Position numbers and translations under genes: made by a program
Origin: a candidate division WOR-3 bacterium
GTDB taxonomy: Bacteria > Hydrothermota > Hydrothermia > LBFQ01
Direction: 5' to 3'
Assembly (NCBI GenBank): GCA_039802605.1
Contig: JBDRWW010000002.1
Coordinates: 128,001 to 192,000, forward strand
Length of the DNA stretch: 64,000 bases
In this document: piece after piece, positions 59,460 to 64,000 of the stretch
Numbering within the stretch: position 1 is the stretch's first letter
Layout: every line of letters starts with the position of its first letter
The notes under the pieces: generated by a model
Databases searched by the model: none
Seen by the model: the letters and a program-made list of their open reading frames with translations, nothing else
What the model was told of the DNA's origin: nothing

Positions 59460-61334
59460 CTACTTCACCAAGAATTTCCTAAGAACACCTCCGGACTTAA
59501 CAAAATAAACACCTTTGGGTAGCTTTATTTTACCCCTTTCCCCACCTTTAAAAACCGCGCTTCCCTTTGTATCGTAAATTACAAATTCACCGAGGTATGA
59601 TAACACTTCAACATATCCCCCCTCAACCCTTATACTCATGCCCATTCTGGTATTACCAACATCTTCAAGGGCAACAAGGGAGCTGTCGTATCTTACCGTA
59701 TGCTCTTCAAGTACCCAGTAATCGGGGTCAAAGGTTATATTAAGGGGTTCGTTGGGTAGGGATATTATAAAGTCTTGTACGGGTAAGGAATCCCAAACCG
59801 TTATTGTAGTATCACCCGAAGGGTATAAAACCTTTATCTCCAATGGCATTTTGAATATTGGGGCGCTTGAAGGTTGGGTTTGGATTATCCTTAAATACAA
59901 ATCCCAGCCGCTCCCGTTAAAATTCTTTTGCCACCTTACATCGTATATAGGCCATCCGGGACTATACACCCATTGGTTAAAAAACCAAGTTAAATCCCTA
60001 CCCGTATAAGTCATAACATCGTTTATAAAATCGGAGGTTAAAGCGTATGAAAACTCGTGATTACCCCTATAATGCCTTAACGCACCGAAGAATAACGCCG
60101 TATCCTTACCCAATACATACCTTAGCATATGCAAAACCGCCGCGCCCTTTTCGTATGTGTATATTGAAAATATGTCGTTTAAGGATGGACCCGGGTTATA
60201 AACCGTTTTTCCGGGGAAAGAGGCGTAGGATAAAAATCTGTTTTCCACCCGGCTCATATAAAAGTTTTTGTAAGCCGTAAAACCACCCGAATCTTCCTTC
60301 CATATCAATTCGGAATATGTTGCAAAACCCTCATTAAGCCATATATCCTTAAAAGTCCCGCAGGTTACCAAATCACCCCACCACTGGTGGGCCAACTCGT
60401 GGGCTTGTGTCGAGTTTCCATAAGGCCCACCGAAAAAGGAATTCGTTTGATCCTCCATAGCCCACCCACCGGGCAAAACTATTGATTGCTCGTATTTTTC
60501 GGTATAAAAGGGATATACCCCGTACCTGTTTGAAAAGGCTGTAAGCATTTGGGTTAAGGATGACCCCCAACTTGTCCATCCGCTACCCTGAGGTATGTAT
60601 GCCCTAACGGGCATGCTTATCGCGCCGTAGTTCCATGTCCATTCGTTGTACTGTAAATTCCTTATGGCAAAGGTTATGAGGTATGGCGCTATCGCATAAG
60701 AGTGTCTATAATGCCATCTCTTATAAGTTCCAGTCCTGAAAGTATCAATTAAAACGCCGTTTGCCACAACCTCCATATCACCCCTTGCCGTTATTTCAAA
60801 CTCAACACCCTCATCGGCCTTTTCATAAGGTTGATCCCAAGAAGGAACCCAGCACCTGAAATTATACGGCTCGTTATCCGCATAAACGAATGTATCTCCC
60901 TCTATGGTCAATCCGGAACCAAAGGAACTACAATAAGAAGCGGGAGATCCGTGATAATACGCCCATATCCAAAGGGTATCGCCCGTATTAACCGTATATG
61001 GAAGGTTTATTATTAACATCCTACCCGTTCCCGTTCCGGAATATGTATGCGTTAGGTGATTTCCCCCGTTATCCTTCAAACTGTCAAGGACTATATCCAC
61101 GAGGTTTAATGCTATACTATCAAAGGGGGTTCTCGCTTGGAGTTTTATGCCTATTTCGGCGCTTTGTATTTGCCCACCATAAATGGCCATTTTTATGTAA
61201 TACTTTCTTATATCGTATGCCGTGGTTTCAACATCCGGCCAAGCCAAGAGATCCGCGGAATACAAACCCTTATATCGCCTTTTTTCAAGTTCAATAATAT
61301 CCGGTTCGGCAAACTGAGAAATTAACAATAGCAT
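59460..61334 (-). CDS. M1-family zinc aminopeptidase with T9SS-like CTD
   Basis: AMED, HELAHQWWG...WLNEGFA, YEKGA; C-terminus IYDTKG...LPKGVYFVK; ATG 61334 follows TAAAAT. Confidence 0.9.
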   Translation of the reverse strand: MLLLISQFAEPDIIELEKRRYKGLYSADLLAWPDVETTAYDIRKYYIKMAIYGGQIQSAEIGIKLQARTPFDSIALNLVDIVLDSLKDNGGNHLTHTYSGTGTGRMLIINLPYTVNTGDTLWIWAYYHGSPASYCSSFGSGLTIEGDTFVYADNEPYNFRCWVPSWDQPYEKADEGVEFEITARGDMEVVANGVLIDTFRTGTYKRWHYRHSYAIAPYLITFAIRNLQYNEWTWNYGAISMPVRAYIPQGSGWTSWGSSLTQMLTAFSNRYGVYPFYTEKYEQSIVLPGGWAMEDQTNSFFGGPYGNSTQAHELAHQWWGDLVTCGTFKDIWLNEGFATYSELIWKEDSGGFTAYKNFYMSRVENRFLSYASFPGKTVYNPGPSLNDIFSIYTYEKGAAVLHMLRYVLGKDTALFFGALRHYRGNHEFSYALTSDFINDVMTYTGRDLTWFFNQWVYSPGWPIYDVRWQKNFNGSGWDLYLRIIQTQPSSAPIFKMPLEIKVLYPSGDTTITVWDSLPVQDFIISLPNEPLNITFDPDYWVLEEHTVRYDSSLVALEDVGNTRMGMSIRVEGGYVEVLSYLGEFVIYDTKGSAVFKGGERGKIKLPKGVYFVKSGGVLRKFLVK

Positions 61335-61390
61335 ACCGAATATTTTAAGGGGGATATGAAAAAGCATTCGGAATTAGAATTCCCGTTCCG

Positions 61391-63076
61391 ATGAAATTTC
61401 CATATTTTGAGATTTTAAACGCTTTAAGGGAAGGTTTCGGTTTGGTGGAGTTGGAAAGGACACAAAACCCAGACCTCGGGGATTATTACACGAACTTAGC
61501 CTTTAAAAAGGCAAAGGAATTGAGGAAACCCCCCAAGGTTATAGCGGAAGAATTGGCAAACACTTTAAACATCAATGGAATAGAAATTGAAGCGGTAAAT
61601 GGATATTTAAACTTTTCGGTTGGCGATGATTTTTTATGCGATGTGGTGAATACCTTAGCCCAAGGTGTGGATTTAAAAAGGGATATAGACAAGAGGGTCC
61701 TTGTGGAATTCATATCCGCCAACCCTACTGGACCTTTAAATGTTGCAAACGCAAGGGCGGGGGCCGTTGGGGATGCAATTGTTAGGATTTTAAGGTTCTT
61801 GGGGTTTTATGCGGAATCGGAATATTATGTTAATGATTGTGGAAATCAGATAATAAACCTCGCCCTATCGGTTTTGCACAAGATAAATCCGGAAAATTAC
61901 CCATTCCCGGATGACGGTTATAAAGGGGATTATATAAACGAATTGGCCGCTGAATTTTCAAAAAGGGCCGATAGCTTTCAAGATTTGGAAGAATTCGGAA
62001 GGGAGATAGCGCACAGGATATTAGAAGATCAAAAGAAAAGCCTTGAAAGGTATGGAATCGTATTTAACAACTTCGTTTTTGAATCTCAAATACGCAATTC
62101 GGATTATCCAAATGGGGTTTTGAGGGCGTTAAAAGATAAGGGGCTTCTGTATTACTCAAAGGATGACGAGGTTTTGGAGTTCAAGGGAGAGGACTTTAAA
62201 GAAGCCGTTGAAAAGTGCAAAAGGGGTTATGCCCTTTACTTTAAGAGTTCCGAGTTTGGAGATGAAAAGGATAGGGTTCTGATAAGGTCAAACGGAGAAC
62301 CCACATACTTCTTTTGGGATTCCGCATACCACCTTTACAAGATCATAAGGGGATACGACTTTTTAATTGATATTTTCGGTCCGGATCACCACGGTTATGT
62401 TCCCAGAATAAAGGGGATGGTTGAGGCTTTAAAGGATTATTACGGTTTAAAAGGGGAATATTGCGTAATAATAAACGGTCAGGTTAATCTGTTTGAAGGG
62501 GGGAAAAGGCTTAGGATGTCAAAAAGGGAGGGTAGGATTTATACCTTAGACGATTTGGTTGGGGAGGTTGGTAATGATGCCGTTAGGTTCTTTATGCTTA
62601 TGAGAGCACCATCTTCGGAACTAAACTTCGATATAGACCTTGCGAAAAAGGCCGGAGTTGAAAACCCCGTATATTATACCCAGTACGCCCACGCGCGGAT
62701 AAAAAGCCTTTTGGATTACGCTTATGCCAATGGAATTAAGGGGGAAAGGATGGGGGATTTTTATAATGAAGATGAGAGAAATCTGGCAAGGGTTTTACAG
62801 TTTTTCCCGTATTACCTTATAAAAACCCTTCCGGTACCTTTGAGGGAAACCTATCTCTTTGGAATCTCTAAGGGTATTTCTCCGGAATTCAGCCCAAATC
62901 TTTTGGTGGATTATTTAATTGAACTTTCCCACGCATATCACAGATTTTATCAGAATAACAGGGTTGTAGGGGATAAACGGGCTTCCCAGAGATTAACGCT
63001 TTCCATTGCGGTTATGAATGTTTTAAAGGTTGGGCTAAATCTCTTGGGTGTAAGCGCACCCGAAAGAATGTTATAA
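61391..63076 (+). CDS. argS: Arginine-tRNA ligase
   Basis: VEFISANPTGPL, YYVND, DHHGY, MSKR, NPVYYTQYAHAR, GVSAPERM. Confidence 0.96.
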   Translation: MKFPYFEILNALREGFGLVELERTQNPDLGDYYTNLAFKKAKELRKPPKVIAEELANTLNINGIEIEAVNGYLNFSVGDDFLCDVVNTLAQGVDLKRDIDKRVLVEFISANPTGPLNVANARAGAVGDAIVRILRFLGFYAESEYYVNDCGNQIINLALSVLHKINPENYPFPDDGYKGDYINELAAEFSKRADSFQDLEEFGREIAHRILEDQKKSLERYGIVFNNFVFESQIRNSDYPNGVLRALKDKGLLYYSKDDEVLEFKGEDFKEAVEKCKRGYALYFKSSEFGDEKDRVLIRSNGEPTYFFWDSAYHLYKIIRGYDFLIDIFGPDHHGYVPRIKGMVEALKDYYGLKGEYCVIINGQVNLFEGGKRLRMSKREGRIYTLDDLVGEVGNDAVRFFMLMRAPSSELNFDIDLAKKAGVENPVYYTQYAHARIKSLLDYAYANGIKGERMGDFYNEDERNLARVLQFFPYYLIKTLPVPLRETYLFGISKGISPEFSPNLLVDYLIELSHAYHRFYQNNRVVGDKRASQRLTLSIAVMNVLKVGLNLLGVSAPERML

Positions 63077-63158
63077 CCAAAATCGCGAAACTAAGGGCCG
63101 GGATGGTTAATTTGAAGCTGTTATAAACCGGGTTTTTCAACCTTATAATATCCACCTC

Positions 63159-63231
63159 GGCCGGGTAGCTCAGGCGGTAGAGCAGGGGACTGAAAATCCC
63201 TGTGTCGGGGGTTCGACTCCCTCCCCGGCCA
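63159..63231 (+). tRNA. tRNA-Phe (GAA), CCA not encoded
   Basis: Acceptor GGCCGGG/CCCGGCC, D-arm TAGCTCAGGCGGTAGAGC, anticodon loop CTGAAAA, GTTCGA T-loop; TATAAT upstream. Confidence 0.96.
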
Positions 63232-63234
63232 TTT

Positions 63235-64000
63235 TTGAAGAAACTCATTCTCCCCGTAAGGGGGATGACATGCAATTCCTGCGCTAGAACCGTAGAAAAT
63301 GTCCTAAAATCAAAGGGTTTTGGTGAAGTATCCGTTGATTTTGCATCTGGAAGGGCCGTAATTTTGGTTGATAACCCAGAAAAACTACAAGAGGCCGGCA
63401 AAGAGTTAAGGGACTTCGGTTATGTTATATCCTACGGGGAGATAACGGTTAAACTACCGGATGCCGATTATGATGCTTTAAAGAAAGTTGCCGCGGAGTT
63501 GGAAAATTTGGATGGGGTTATAAAGGTAGATGTTGAAACGGTTGGGAATAGGCTGTTTGTATTTTATTCGCCTTTACAGGTTTCGGAAGAAAGCATTCTA
63601 CGAATGGTTAAAAAAAGCGGATATACATACGAAATTGAGGGAGAAGGGATAAAAAGGGAAAGGGGTTTAACGCTTTTTCAGAGGTTTTTGATAAGCCTAC
63701 CCCCCACCCTCTTGGTCTTGTTGGGGCATCACTTGGGGATAAAACCCTTTGATAACACGGTTTTGCAGGGGATATTGGCCACATTTGTGGTGCTGTTTGC
63801 GGGCTATCCAATAATCAAATCCGGGATAATGGGCTTTCTTAAACTCTCCTTAAACATGAACTCCCTAATAGCGCTTGGAACGATAAGCGCCCTCATATCC
63901 CTTAACTTTGAGCCCGCTGCGGTTATAATAACCCTTATCCTCTTTGGAAAATCCTTAGAGGAGAGGATTAGGGGTTTAGCGTATAGGGAACTGGGGAGTT
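63235..64000 (+). CDS. copA: Heavy-metal (Cu) P1B-type ATPase, 5' part; runs off window, absent from ORF track
   Basis: TTG start: MKKLILPVRGMTCNSCARTVE (HMA), second degenerate HMA, LNMNSLIALG, FEPAAVIITLILFGKSLE. Confidence 0.88.
   Translation, partial: MKKLILPVRGMTCNSCARTVENVLKSKGFGEVSVDFASGRAVILVDNPEKLQEAGKELRDFGYVISYGEITVKLPDADYDALKKVAAELENLDGVIKVDVETVGNRLFVFYSPLQVSEESILRMVKKSGYTYEIEGEGIKRERGLTLFQRFLISLPPTLLVLLGHHLGIKPFDNTVLQGILATFVVLFAGYPIIKSGIMGFLKLSLNMNSLIALGTISALISLNFEPAAVIITLILFGKSLEERIRGLAYRELGS

Noticed and set aside
63012..63401. Minus-strand 129-aa ORF
   Set aside because: Antisense to tRNA-Phe and the copA start.
1..64000. CRISPR array or cas genes accompanying the Argonaute
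   Set aside because: No spaced direct repeats and almost no intergenic space; no Cas motifs recognised.

Overview
Gene-dense segment of a bacterial chromosome. It is probably from a diderm thermophile (PorV plus T9SS-like cargo, many archaeal-like genes); FCB/WOR-3-like affiliation is an inference. Most of the window is heavily shuffled housekeeping genes (nuoM, gmk, pckA, dnaX, parAB, pdxS, priA, lon, rpmI, accA, pyrDE, nuoB, pgk, icd, glyQ, lpdA, folD, argS, tRNA-Phe, partial copA). The standout is a co-oriented ~8.6 kb defence cassette (22294-30894). It contains a full-length MjAgo-like prokaryotic Argonaute whose glutamate-finger position reads Asp (D-D-D-D tetrad), followed by a type I R-M operon: wHTH-fused HsdM preceded by a palindrome, a tiny GIY-YIG-like gene, HsdS with DNA repeats flanking both TRDs, HsdR, and an HEXXH metallopeptidase. 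Other notable items are a Cyc2-like cytochrome-porin fusion, a KaiC/Clp-fold protease/HTH regulator/macrodomain operon, widespread -10 boxes 6-11 nt before start codons (leaderless expression), ultra-short signal peptides and a frameshifted MFS gene. All family assignments come from motif recognition by eye; no searches were run. No CRISPR array, rRNA, integrase or transposase was seen.
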